NCBI GenBank assembly: GCA_965261085.1
Contig: OZ253442.1
Span: 1,728,001 to 1,792,000, forward strand
DNA from: a bacterium
GTDB taxonomy: Bacteria; UBA8248
Length of the DNA: 64,000 bases
Reading direction: 5' to 3'
The translations under genes were made by a program, and so were the position numbers. The notes under the pieces are model-generated. The model had not been told where the DNA came from. It saw only the letters and a list, made by a program, of their open reading frames with translations, and did not search any database. Shown piece after piece: positions 55,034 to 64,000 of this stretch. Each line of letters starts with the position of its first letter. Position 1 is the stretch's first letter.

Positions 55034-55825
55034 TTGACCCGCCTCATCAGCGCCCTGGTTCTTGCGGCGCCCATTCTCGTCGTCTTGTTTTTCACCTCTT
55101 CGGCCGTATTTCTCTGTGTGGTGCTTCTGCTCGTTTTTCGCGCGGGATGGGAATTTCAGACCCTGATCAACCTTTGCGGATGGCGCGTGAGAGCATGGGA
55201 AGGAGCCCTGGATGCCTGTGCTTTTGTGCTCGCCGTTTGGGTGGGCGGCCTTTTGCCGGCGGCGGTCCTCGCGGTGATTTTGTTTCGCGTCTTTCTCAAG
55301 GCGTTTTCGAGTGAGGCCCTTCGGGACAGTCTCTCCTTGACGGGCATGTCGCTTCTCGGCGTGATATGGGTGGGCGGCGCCGGTGGTTTGATCGCGCTTA
55401 TCAGGACTTTCCCGGGTGGCATGGAGGCCACTTTCTTTTTGTTCGTCGTCGTCTGGGCGAATGATATCGCGGCGATGTTCACCGGCAAGATGCTGGGCAA
55501 TAGAAAAATCGCCCCGAGAATCAGCCCCGGGAAAACGGTGGAAGGAGCAATCGGGGGGATCCTAGCAGGTGTCCTCGTGGGTGTCCTCACGGCGTTATAT
55601 ATGGATGTCCCCGGTGTCGACCCGTGGCTCGCGATTCCTGTTTCGGTCTTAATTGGACTATTCGCACTGATAGGGGATTTGGGTGAATCGCTACTAAAGC
55701 GCGCTGCCGGCGAGAAAGACTCGTCGGACATCATCCCGGGTCATGGGGGCCTGCTCGACAGAATTGATGGTTTGCTTATGGCGGGCCCTGCGTTTTACTG
55801 TTACTTGTACTGGATCCGGTTTTAG
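55034..55825 (+). CDS. cdsA: Phosphatidate cytidylyltransferase
   Basis: ISPGKTVEG, GDLGESLLKR, KDS..IPGHGGLLDRID. Confidence 0.97.
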   Translation: MTRLISALVLAAPILVVLFFTSSAVFLCVVLLLVFRAGWEFQTLINLCGWRVRAWEGALDACAFVLAVWVGGLLPAAVLAVILFRVFLKAFSSEALRDSLSLTGMSLLGVIWVGGAGGLIALIRTFPGGMEATFFLFVVVWANDIAAMFTGKMLGNRKIAPRISPGKTVEGAIGGILAGVLVGVLTALYMDVPGVDPWLAIPVSVLIGLFALIGDLGESLLKRAAGEKDSSDIIPGHGGLLDRIDGLLMAGPAFYCYLYWIRF

Positions 55826-55853
55826 AGCATCGCGCACCGGGGGTAGCCGAAAA

Positions 55854-57023
55854 ATGGAACGGCGAAAAATTGCCATATTAGGCTCTACCGGCAGCATCGG
55901 GGAAAATGCTCTCAGCGTCGTGGCGCAATTTCCCGAGAGAATCGACGTAGTGGCGCTTGCCGCTGGAAGAAATTGGAAGCGTCTATTAGAGCAGGCGAGG
56001 CGGTTTCGGCCGGACATTGTATCCGTGGCCGATGATGCGGACGCGGCGCGAATCAAGGATGCGCTCCCGCCCGGGACCCGCGTGCTTTCGGGGGATGAGG
56101 GCTTGAGGGAGGTGGCCGCGGGTGCGGGCGCAAGTCTCGTGGTCTCCGCTCTGGTGGGCGCGGCGGGATTACCACCGACGCTGGCCGCCATCGATGTGGG
56201 CGCCTCGATTGCGCTTGCGAACAAAGAAGTCCTCGTCATGGCTGGAGAGCTCGTTACGTCGCGCGTTTCGGCCCGGGGGGTCGAGTTGCTCCCTGTCGAT
56301 AGCGAACACGCGGGCGTGTCGCAAGCGCTGGCGGGCAGGCCGCAGTTCCAGGTGGAGCGGGTCGTGCTTACGGCCTCGGGCGGCCCTTTCCGGAACCATT
56401 CCATAGAGGCGATGAAGAACGTATCCCTTGAAGAAGCATTGAATCATCCGAACTGGAAGATGGGCCCCAAGATTACCATTGATTCCGCATCCATGATGAA
56501 CAAGGGTCTTGAAATTATCGAAGCAAGGTGGCTCTTCGGGCTCAAGCCAGAACAGGTGGACGTGCTGGTTCATCCACAGAGCATCGTGCACGCCATGGTG
56601 GAGTTCGTCGACGGGAGTTTCGTGGCGCAAATGAGCATGCCCGACATGCGGATTCCCATCGCCCAGGCCATTTTCTCTCCGGAGAGGTTGCCCATCGATT
56701 CTCCAAGACTCGATTTGGCGCAGGTCGGCTCCCTGACGTTCGAAGCCCCTGCCCCTGAGCGATTCCCCTGCCTCGTCCATGCCAAAAACGCGATGCGCGA
56801 GGGGGGGACGGCCCCTGCCGTTCTCAACGCGGCGAACGAGGTGGCCGTCGCGTCGTTCTTGTCGGGCGCGTCGAAATTCACGGATATCCCGGATGTAGTG
56901 AGGGCTGCGCTGGAAGCGCACGAGAAGATGGAGGCGGATGGGCTGGAGACGATTCTGGAGGCGGATCGCTGGGCGAGGGAGTACGCCGCCTCCCGCCTGA
57001 ACGGAACCGCCACAAGCCACTAA
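55854..57023 (+). CDS. dxr: 1-deoxy-D-xylulose 5-phosphate reductoisomerase
   Basis: ILGSTGSIG, LANKE, PVDSEH, MGPKITIDSA. Confidence 0.99.
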   Translation: MERRKIAILGSTGSIGENALSVVAQFPERIDVVALAAGRNWKRLLEQARRFRPDIVSVADDADAARIKDALPPGTRVLSGDEGLREVAAGAGASLVVSALVGAAGLPPTLAAIDVGASIALANKEVLVMAGELVTSRVSARGVELLPVDSEHAGVSQALAGRPQFQVERVVLTASGGPFRNHSIEAMKNVSLEEALNHPNWKMGPKITIDSASMMNKGLEIIEARWLFGLKPEQVDVLVHPQSIVHAMVEFVDGSFVAQMSMPDMRIPIAQAIFSPERLPIDSPRLDLAQVGSLTFEAPAPERFPCLVHAKNAMREGGTAPAVLNAANEVAVASFLSGASKFTDIPDVVRAALEAHEKMEADGLETILEADRWAREYAASRLNGTATSH

Positions 57024-57028
57024 AATCA

Positions 57029-57499
57029 ATGAACCATCGAGATGAGAGCGAGGCCTTGCCCCGGCTTGTCGCCACGCTGGGAGGCCTTGGGCTGGTTCCT
57101 CTCGCACCGGGAACAGTGGCTTCTCTCTTTGCTGTTCTGGCGTATTTTTTGCTCTATGAGCTCAACCCCTATGCACCAGTCTTGTTTTTGATCTTCCTGA
57201 TTCCCATCGCCATATGGGGGTCCGGCAAATACGAAGCGAGTATGAATCAGCAAGACCCCCCGGAAATCGTCGTGGATGAATGGGTGGGCCAGTTCATCTG
57301 CTTCATCGGGGTCGAGCCGAGCTTAAGCGCTCTGGTAGCGGGTTTTTTCCTTTTTCGTATTTTTGACATTATCAAACTGCCGCCGGTCCGGCGCCTGGAA
57401 GAGTTGTCGGGCGGGTTGGGCGTCGTGGCGGACGACGTTGCCGCGGGAATTATCGGCTGGGTAATCTTGTTTGGTCTGTCGTACTTGGGAGTCGTTTGA
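57029..57499 (+). CDS. pgpA: Phosphatidylglycerophosphatase A
   Basis: APGT, DP.EIVVDE, FRIFDIIK, GV.ADD. Confidence 0.93.
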   Translation: MNHRDESEALPRLVATLGGLGLVPLAPGTVASLFAVLAYFLLYELNPYAPVLFLIFLIPIAIWGSGKYEASMNQQDPPEIVVDEWVGQFICFIGVEPSLSALVAGFFLFRIFDIIKLPPVRRLEELSGGLGVVADDVAAGIIGWVILFGLSYLGVV

Positions 57500-57519
57500 T
57501 TTCTGGGGAGCAAAGGCGA

Positions 57520-58011
57520 ATGGCGGGATCCGTGGAGGAATGGATTGGGGCGTATCTCAATGATAAGGGCTGGCGCATCGCTACGGCGGAGAGTTGTACG
57601 GGCGGCCTCATCGCCAGCCGCATCACGGATGTTTCCGGCAGTTCCGCTTATTTTGAACAGGGTTTCATCACCTATAGCAACGAAGCGAAAATGGCGCTTC
57701 TGGGTGTGTCGAAAGACATCGTGGCGACCGAGGGCGGGCCGGGTGCGGTGAGCGAAGCCTGCGCACGCGCGATGGCGGATGGTGTTCGCGCGGCGACGGG
57801 TAGTGAGATCGGGCTCTCCGTCACGGGCATCGCCGGCCCTACAGGCGGTAGCGCCGAGAAGCCGGTGGGCACGGTGTATATTGCCGTCGCCACGTCTTTC
57901 GGCACCACCTGCCGCCACTATGTGTTCGAAGGCTCCCGCCTGGAAGTGAAGGCCCAAACGGCGCAGGCCGCACTCGATATGGCGCGCGATGCCCTGGAAG
58001 CGTCGGGCTGA
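57520..58011 (+). CDS. cinA: CinA/PncC NMN deamidase domain protein
   Basis: AESCTGG, GSS.YF, TYSNEAK, TGIAGPTGG. Confidence 0.92.
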   Translation: MAGSVEEWIGAYLNDKGWRIATAESCTGGLIASRITDVSGSSAYFEQGFITYSNEAKMALLGVSKDIVATEGGPGAVSEACARAMADGVRAATGSEIGLSVTGIAGPTGGSAEKPVGTVYIAVATSFGTTCRHYVFEGSRLEVKAQTAQAALDMARDALEASG

Positions 58012-58081
58012 CTATAAAATGCATGAGAGTGCTCATTCCCCGCGCAAGCGGGTGTGACCGGTCCTGAGAAGGAGATTCTCT

Positions 58082-58669
58082 ATGCGCGCATTTCTGGCGA
58101 TTCCATTCAGCACGGATGAATACAGGCTCTTCGAATCGCTTCAGGCCTTGCTTGCCACCATGCCGGCTCTGGAAGATTTCCGCTGGGTAAGACCTGAGAA
58201 CATTCACATCACTCTGCGTTTTCTGGGTGATATCGAAGAGGAACAGGCCGCCGCCGCAGAGGCCCTGCTCCGTACGGGAGAAGACGTGCCTGCTTTTGAT
58301 ATTTCGATAGATCGCTTTGGTGTTTTTCCGCATCTCAAGCGCCCCAATGTGCTCTGGGCGGGGCCTTCGGAAACGCCGGAACCTCTGGTGGAATTCGAGG
58401 CAAGCCTTTCCCGTTATCTGATGGAGGCGGGGTTCCCGTCTGCGGAGGGACTTTTTCACCCGCATCTGACGCTGGCGAGGCGCCGCTCCCGCGACCGACC
58501 ACCCGCAGGTCTCGAGGGAGAGCTCGAAGTTGCCGAGCAGCGATGGTTGACACCTCCCCTCATATGCCGCGCGCGCAAAGCGGTATTGTTCAGAAGCGAA
58601 CTCAACCCCTCGGGCGCCATACACACCGCGCTGGAAAAAGTGACTTTAGGCCAGGCGCACGGCGGGTAA
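58082..58669 (+). CDS. thpR: RNA 2',3'-cyclic phosphodiesterase
   Basis: Two HxT motifs: HITLRFLG and HPHLTL. Confidence 0.93.
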   Translation: MRAFLAIPFSTDEYRLFESLQALLATMPALEDFRWVRPENIHITLRFLGDIEEEQAAAAEALLRTGEDVPAFDISIDRFGVFPHLKRPNVLWAGPSETPEPLVEFEASLSRYLMEAGFPSAEGLFHPHLTLARRRSRDRPPAGLEGELEVAEQRWLTPPLICRARKAVLFRSELNPSGAIHTALEKVTLGQAHGG

Positions 58670-58997
58670 TTCGTCCGTTTCGTGGCGTCAGATGTCCACC
58701 CGGAGCACTAGGTATTGGGCCATATTCTACTCCCTTTGGAAGAAAAATCGGACTTTGTACAGATTTTCGCTTTATATACTTGATTCTGAGCGTCATTTAA
58801 CGTATATTTAGCGAAAATAAACCGCCGCCGTTGTTGGGAATCATGGATAGACAATGGAATGAGGCCTGCTCCTCACGAACCCTTTTGGAAGTAACGGCGC
58901 ATGCCGTATTGCAGAAAAAGGGTCGATCCCCTAAATTGGTCCTATGTCCGCCATCGCCCGATCCGGTGCGTATTCCTCCATCCAAGGGAGTTTTCCG

Positions 58998-60098
58998 ATG
59001 AACCTCAAAAACGGGTCCCCCTCCTCGAAATCCGAGAATCCGCAAGGGCGTGAGAGCCGCGAGAAGGCGCTGGACATGGCTTTCAACCAGATCAACCGTC
59101 AATTCGGCAAAGGCTCCATCATGCGCCTGGGCGAAGGGCCGGGTATGGGAGCGATTGAGGCTATTTCGACGGGTTCGGTATCGCTCGATGCCGCCTTGGG
59201 CTGCGGCGGTGTGCCGCGCGGGCGCATTGTGGAGATATTCGGGCCCGAGTCTTCGGGCAAGACGACCATCGCACTGCAAATCATCGCGGAGGTGCAGCGC
59301 AGCGGCGGAATGGCCGCCTTCGTGGATGCGGAGCACGCTCTGGACCCGATCTACGCCAAAGCGCTTGGGGTGCAGACGGACAACCTCATCGTCTCCCAAC
59401 CCGATACGGGTGAGCAGGCCCTGGAGATAGCCGAAATTTTGACGAGCAGCGGCTCGCTCGGCGTGGTCGTTATAGACTCCGTAGCCGCCCTGGTGCCCAA
59501 GGCGGAACTGGAAGGCGACATGGGGGATCACCACGTAGGTCTCCAGGCGCGGCTCATGAGCCAGGCGCTTCGCAAACTCACGGGTGTCGTGCACCGCAGC
59601 AACACGTGTTTCATCTTCATCAACCAGATTCGCATGAAGATCGGCGTGATGTTCGGCAACCCGGAAACCACTTCCGGTGGAAACGCGCTCAAATTCTATG
59701 CTTCCGTACGCTTGGACATCCGGCGAATCGCCGCGATTAAAGAAGGTGAGAACAACGTGGGCAACAGGACGCGGGTGCGCGTGGTGAAGAACAAGTTAGC
59801 ATCTCCGTTTCGCACGGCGGAATTCGACATTATGTTCGGGCGCGGCGTTTCGAAAGAAGGCGACGTACTCGATTTGGCCGTTGAAAAAGACATAGTCGCC
59901 AAGACGGGGTCGTGGTACTCCTATGGTGAGGAGCGCATCGGCCAGGGGCGTGAGAACGTGAAACGGTTTTTGAGCGAGAACGCGGATATCTTCTCGGAAA
60001 TCGAGAGGCAGGTGCGCGCCGCCGTCGGAATCGGCGCGCCGAAAGCGACCCCACAGGCTAAGGAGACGCCCCAGGCGCAGGCGGCGACGCCGAAGTAG
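58998..60098 (+). CDS. recA: Recombinase A
   Basis: [26 protein letters not shown]. Confidence 0.99.
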   Translation: MNLKNGSPSSKSENPQGRESREKALDMAFNQINRQFGKGSIMRLGEGPGMGAIEAISTGSVSLDAALGCGGVPRGRIVEIFGPESSGKTTIALQIIAEVQRSGGMAAFVDAEHALDPIYAKALGVQTDNLIVSQPDTGEQALEIAEILTSSGSLGVVVIDSVAALVPKAELEGDMGDHHVGLQARLMSQALRKLTGVVHRSNTCFIFINQIRMKIGVMFGNPETTSGGNALKFYASVRLDIRRIAAIKEGENNVGNRTRVRVVKNKLASPFRTAEFDIMFGRGVSKEGDVLDLAVEKDIVAKTGSWYSYGEERIGQGRENVKRFLSENADIFSEIERQVRAAVGIGAPKATPQAKETPQAQAATPK

Positions 60099-60241
60099 GA
60101 GCGAGAGCGGAGAAGCACTCTTTTCGGGGTGTGGATGAGGGTCGGCGTGGTTGGATGGATATCATAACTCATTGAAAATAAAAGGAATAATTTGATTCCC
60201 GCCGCTCTTATGGTCGGTTTATTTTATCGAAAAACCCCGTG

Positions 60242-60323
60242 AATTTATCGATATTTTCAGTAATTCGAAATGCGTGTTTTCATTGCGTTTCCAGGGTATT
60301 TCATCGTTTCGGCGCCTCTGTCC
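60242..60323. repeat. Dispersed intergenic repeat, copy B
   Basis: Colinear similarity to 14556-14648. Confidence 0.55.
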
Positions 60324-60520
60324 TCGTTTCACTTCGCTGTCCCGGAAAGCGCAATCCCTCTTTTCTCCCTCGTGATGTACTCCCCCTCCATCGGGACGAT
60401 CCCTCCCTCCTCAATCGGGATGGGGCCGCGAATTTGCTTCCCCGCTTCGGATGGGTTACATGATGGCAATCGGCTTGGCGAGTGAGCCGATTGCGTACCC
60501 ATTTCACCGGGGAATATCTC

Positions 60521-61030
60521 ATGGCCGTGTTGGAAATTCTCAAGTATCCGGCTTCTGCTCTTCGCCGGAAATGCCTTCCCGTCGAGCGCGTCACGGAGCG
60601 GATAGAGGAACTGGCGCGCGCGATGCTCGACACCCTGCATGATGCGCCCGGCGTCGGCCTCGCCGCCCCCCAGGTGGGAGAGAACGTCCGGCTCATCGTG
60701 GTGGACGTCTCGCTCGGGAAAGACCTCAAGCAGGTGTATTTTCTCATCAATCCTGAAATCGAAAGCGCCGAAGGCGAGCGAATCGTGGAGGAGGGCTGCC
60801 TCTCGCTGCCGGACGTGACTGAAAAAATCCGCCGCCACGAGGCGGTGCGGGTGCGGGCGCTGAACTTAAACGGTGAGGAAGTGGTTCTCGACGCGCGCGA
60901 GGTTCTCGCCTTCGTCTTACAGCATGAAATCGATCATTTAGACGGAAAACTCATCCTGGATCACCTCAACAAGACGAAACGCGACGTCGTGAAGCGCCGC
61001 CTCAAGAAACAGGCCAGGGCCGCCTCTTAG
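60521..61030 (+). CDS. def: Peptide deformylase
   Basis: GVGLAAPQ, EGCLS, QHEIDHL. Confidence 0.98.
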   Translation: MAVLEILKYPASALRRKCLPVERVTERIEELARAMLDTLHDAPGVGLAAPQVGENVRLIVVDVSLGKDLKQVYFLINPEIESAEGERIVEEGCLSLPDVTEKIRRHEAVRVRALNLNGEEVVLDAREVLAFVLQHEIDHLDGKLILDHLNKTKRDVVKRRLKKQARAAS

Positions 61031-61114
61031 AAAACCCTCATTCGCTCGTGCTATATTTTCGTGGTTGATCCGCGCGCGCTTTGGTCGGCGCCGCGGTTTT
61101 TCGGGGAGGAATCC

Positions 61115-62059
61115 ATGCGGGCGGTTTTTTTCGGCACATCCGAATTCGCCGTGCCTGCGCTTCGCGCCTTGATGGCGTCGTCCATCGAGTTGGCGGCGGT
61201 GTTCACGCAGCCGGACAGGCCCGCGGGGAGGGGACGCAAGCTGACGCCGCCGCCCGTCAAAATATGCGCGCTCGAGGCGGGAGTCCCCGTCTTACAACCC
61301 GAGAGAATCCGCTCGACCGACGTAGCGGAATTTCGGCCCGACGTGGGCGTGGTGGCGGCGTATGGCCAGATTCTGAACAGAAAACTCTTGAACGTACCCC
61401 GGTTGGGATTGTTGAACCTGCATCCATCGCTTCTTCCGCGCTGGCGGGGAGCTGCGCCGATTCAGCGCGCCCTCCTAGAAGGTGATTCCGAAACGGGAGT
61501 CTGCGTGATGCGGGTTGCTCCGGAACTCGACGCAGGCCCCGTGCTCGCGAGGCGCTCGCTGCCGATTGGGCCAAGGGACACTTCGGGCGCGCTGCACGAC
61601 AAGCTGGCCGCGCTAGGGGCCGAGCAGATGGTGGCGACGTTGATCGCGCTCGAAAATGGAAAAATCACAGAGCAGCCGCAGGATGAATCCCTCGTCACCT
61701 ATGCGGAAAAACTCCAAAAAGAAGAAGCGAAACTCGATTGGCGCTTACCCGCGAGCCGGCTCGACAGGTTGATCAGAGGATTAAACCCCTGGCCCGTGGC
61801 GCAGACCTCATGGCCGGGTATGGCGAACCCGGTGCGGATTTGGCGGGCCTGGCCGAATCCGGGCGAATCCGGCGAAGCCGCCGGTGAGATTCTGGGATTG
61901 GTCGAATCGCCCGAGGGCGAGGGAATCCGCGTGGCCACAGGGAAGGGAGATTTGATTATTCTGGAGATACAGCCGCCGGGCAAGAAGAAAATGGACGCAG
62001 AAGCATTCGCCAGGGGATATCCATGCCGGCCCGGCCTCGTGCTTGGAGAGGACGCGTGA
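61115..62059 (+). CDS. fmt: Methionyl-tRNA formyltransferase
   Basis: FFGTSEFA, TQPDRPAGRG, HPSLLPRWRGAAP. Confidence 0.98.
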   Translation: MRAVFFGTSEFAVPALRALMASSIELAAVFTQPDRPAGRGRKLTPPPVKICALEAGVPVLQPERIRSTDVAEFRPDVGVVAAYGQILNRKLLNVPRLGLLNLHPSLLPRWRGAAPIQRALLEGDSETGVCVMRVAPELDAGPVLARRSLPIGPRDTSGALHDKLAALGAEQMVATLIALENGKITEQPQDESLVTYAEKLQKEEAKLDWRLPASRLDRLIRGLNPWPVAQTSWPGMANPVRIWRAWPNPGESGEAAGEILGLVESPEGEGIRVATGKGDLIILEIQPPGKKKMDAEAFARGYPCRPGLVLGEDA

Positions 62060-63426
62060 GCCGGAATCTCGCGGTGGGTGAGAAAAGCGCACGTTCTGCC
62101 GACCTCGTTCGCCGGGCGGCGCACGCCGCTCTTCTCTCTTTTGAGAAAAACCCCCTCGCGGCGGATTTGCTGGTCGATCGATTCTCATCGGCGGATTTCG
62201 ACCCACGCGACCGCGCGTTTTTGCGCGATTTGATCTATGGCGTCCTGAGATGGCGTAATCGCCTGGATTTCGTTTTCGGCCATTTCCTGAACAAACCGAA
62301 CGTGGCTCCTCCCGTGCGGGAAGCGTTGCGGTTGGGAACTTACCAGCTTTTGTTCATGGATCGCGTGCCTGCGCACAGTGCGGTGGATGGCAGTGTTTCT
62401 TTGTTGAATCGCCGGAATCTGGGCTGGGCGCGTGGATTGGTGAACGCGGTTTTGCGCAAGGTGGCGGAGCATGATGTTTCGCCGCCCGAAAATCGAGAAG
62501 ATTATCTGACGATATGGGAATCTCACCCGGGATGGCTGGTGAGACGCTGGATGCGTGACCTCGGAGAAGAGGAGGCGCAAAGGCGGTGCCGGGCGAACAA
62601 CGCCGAAGCGCCTGTCGTCTTTCGCGTGAACACCCGGGTGTCGAACGCCCAAAGTTTGGTAGCCGAATTGAAAAGCGAGGGCATCGCCGCACGGCCCGGA
62701 TGCGTGGACCCTGATTGTTTGGTATTTGCGCCGGATGAGAGCACGCCTGGCGTACGCTTCAGCGATGCGGCGGCATATCGCGAGGGCAAGTTCATCGTCA
62801 TGGATGAGAGTTCGAGCCTGGTGTCGCGTTTCGCAGGTGTCGCCGCCGGGGAGAGAATTCTCGATGCCTGTGCGGCCCCCGGCGGGAAAACGGCTTGTCT
62901 CGCCTGGGCTGCGGGAGAGAACGGGAGCGTCGTGGCGGGGGATGAGTCTTCTCACCGGCTGGCTCGCCTCAAGGGTAATTGTGTTAGGATTCGGGCGGTC
63001 GCGCGGCTTTTGCGGATGGATGCAATGAGGCCGCCGTTTCATGAAAAATTCGACCTCGTTCTCGTGGATGCGCCGTGCAGCGGGCTGGGGGTATTCAGGC
63101 GGCATCCCGATGCGAGGTGGCGGGTGCGAGAAAAAGACTTGAAGGCGCAGGCGCGTCGACAGATCGCGATTTTGCGGGGTGCGGCCGGTGCTGTTCGCCG
63201 GGGCGGCAGACTGGTGTATTCGGTCTGCACGAACGAGCCCGAGGAAACCGAAGAAGTGGCCGCTTCATTTCAAGAGCCCGGGTTCGTCCCCATACGGGAC
63301 GGAGGCGCCCTCCCCGAAGTCGCAAGAGGTTTTCGGGGCGCGGACGGAGCGTTGCGGATAACGCCGGGAGGCGGGCTTGACGGCTTTTTCGCCATGAGTT
63401 GGCGCAAAGAGGGCGGAAATTGCTGA
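62056..63426 (+). CDS. rsmB: 16S rRNA m5C967 methyltransferase
   Basis: NusB-like N-terminus, DACAAPGGK, DAPCSG, YSVCT. Confidence 0.96.
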   Translation: MSRNLAVGEKSARSADLVRRAAHAALLSFEKNPLAADLLVDRFSSADFDPRDRAFLRDLIYGVLRWRNRLDFVFGHFLNKPNVAPPVREALRLGTYQLLFMDRVPAHSAVDGSVSLLNRRNLGWARGLVNAVLRKVAEHDVSPPENREDYLTIWESHPGWLVRRWMRDLGEEEAQRRCRANNAEAPVVFRVNTRVSNAQSLVAELKSEGIAARPGCVDPDCLVFAPDESTPGVRFSDAAAYREGKFIVMDESSSLVSRFAGVAAGERILDACAAPGGKTACLAWAAGENGSVVAGDESSHRLARLKGNCVRIRAVARLLRMDAMRPPFHEKFDLVLVDAPCSGLGVFRRHPDARWRVREKDLKAQARRQIAILRGAAGAVRRGGRLVYSVCTNEPEETEEVAASFQEPGFVPIRDGGALPEVARGFRGADGALRITPGGGLDGFFAMSWRKEGGNC

Positions 63427-64000
63427 AAGGGATATTGAAGGGTATTTTCTGGGTTGCGCTCCTCGTCGGACTGGGCGGCGTGGGGGGCGCTGCGGGCCTT
63501 TACGTCTTCAGGGGGGGAGAGGGCGTCTTCCTGCCCCAGGTCACAGGCTTCGACGTGGTTCGCGCGCTCGAGTTGCTGGGAGAGAAAGGAATACCCATGC
63601 AGGTCTCCGGGCGCGTGTTCAGCGATGCGGTATCCATGAATCACGTCGTGCGGCAGAATCCTCCAGGTGGACGCCGTATTCGCAAGGGAAGAATCGTATC
63701 GCTCGTTCTCAGCAAAGGCCCACGCGATGTGGCGGTGCCTGCGGTGGTGGGCAAGAACCTCAACCGCGCGGAGACTCTCATTCGCCTCGAAGGCCTTCGC
63801 CTTCGGCTGGTGGAGCGATTGTATGATCCCAAGCGGCCCATCGACCAGGTTTTGGGCGTCTGGCCGAATGAGGGTGAAAATATCAGGCGCGGCGAGGGCG
63901 TGGTTCTCGTCGTCAGCCAGGGTTTCCGCGAGCGGGCCTACGTCATGCCGTCCCTGATCGGGGAACCCGTCAACAATGCTCTTGATAAGGTTCGCGCGCT
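63420..64000 (+). CDS. PASTA-domain protein (3' end outside window; absent from ORF track)
   Basis: TTG start overlapping rsmB stop; N-terminal TM, then LPQVTG..VVRQNP..LSKGP..VPAVVG..VSQG..MPSLIG repeats. Confidence 0.85.
   Translation, partial: MLKGILKGIFWVALLVGLGGVGGAAGLYVFRGGEGVFLPQVTGFDVVRALELLGEKGIPMQVSGRVFSDAVSMNHVVRQNPPGGRRIRKGRIVSLVLSKGPRDVAVPAVVGKNLNRAETLIRLEGLRLRLVERLYDPKRPIDQVLGVWPNEGENIRRGEGVVLVVSQGFRERAYVMPSLIGEPVNNALDKVRA

Noticed and set aside
58670-58997. LexA box upstream of recA
   Set aside because: No motif matching an SOS box I can recognise; the lineage-specific motif is unknown

Overview
Chromosomal window from a GC-rich Gram-negative bacterium (KDO genes, exbBD; lineage cannot be fixed from sequence alone). 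Most of it is housekeeping: kdsB-pyrG-kdsA, thrC/metB, nfeD-stomatin, yhaM, lsrF, recD2, mazG, mutL, guaB-guaA, dnaE, lipB, rplM-rpsI, argCJ, rpsB-tsf-pyrH-frr-uppS-cdsA-dxr, pgpA-cinA-thpR-recA, def-fmt-rsmB-PASTA. The accessory features are: (1) an AT-richer cassette at 16.0-19.1 kb encoding a ubiquitin-like protein, an E2-like protein, a JAB peptidase-E1 fusion and a DUF2971 protein (Bub-like conjugation system with a candidate effector), abutting a truncated zeta-toxin gene and preceded by a 46-bp tandem array and an apparently inactive thermonuclease; (2) three tandem self-contained cassettes at 23.0-24.4 kb, each with promoter, structured 5'UTR, small membrane/coiled-coil ORF with 1, 2 or 4 His/Met heptads, and terminator, separated by copies of the recD2 3' end; (3) a 610-bp integrase-less islet at the guaA 3' end with 16-bp direct repeats and IHF-like sites; (4) a frameshifted autotransporter with an 18-bp VNTR; (5) an orphan vapB with a probable vapC relic. 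No rRNA, tRNA or CRISPR array was recognised. All family assignments are from motif recognition by eye, not from database searches.
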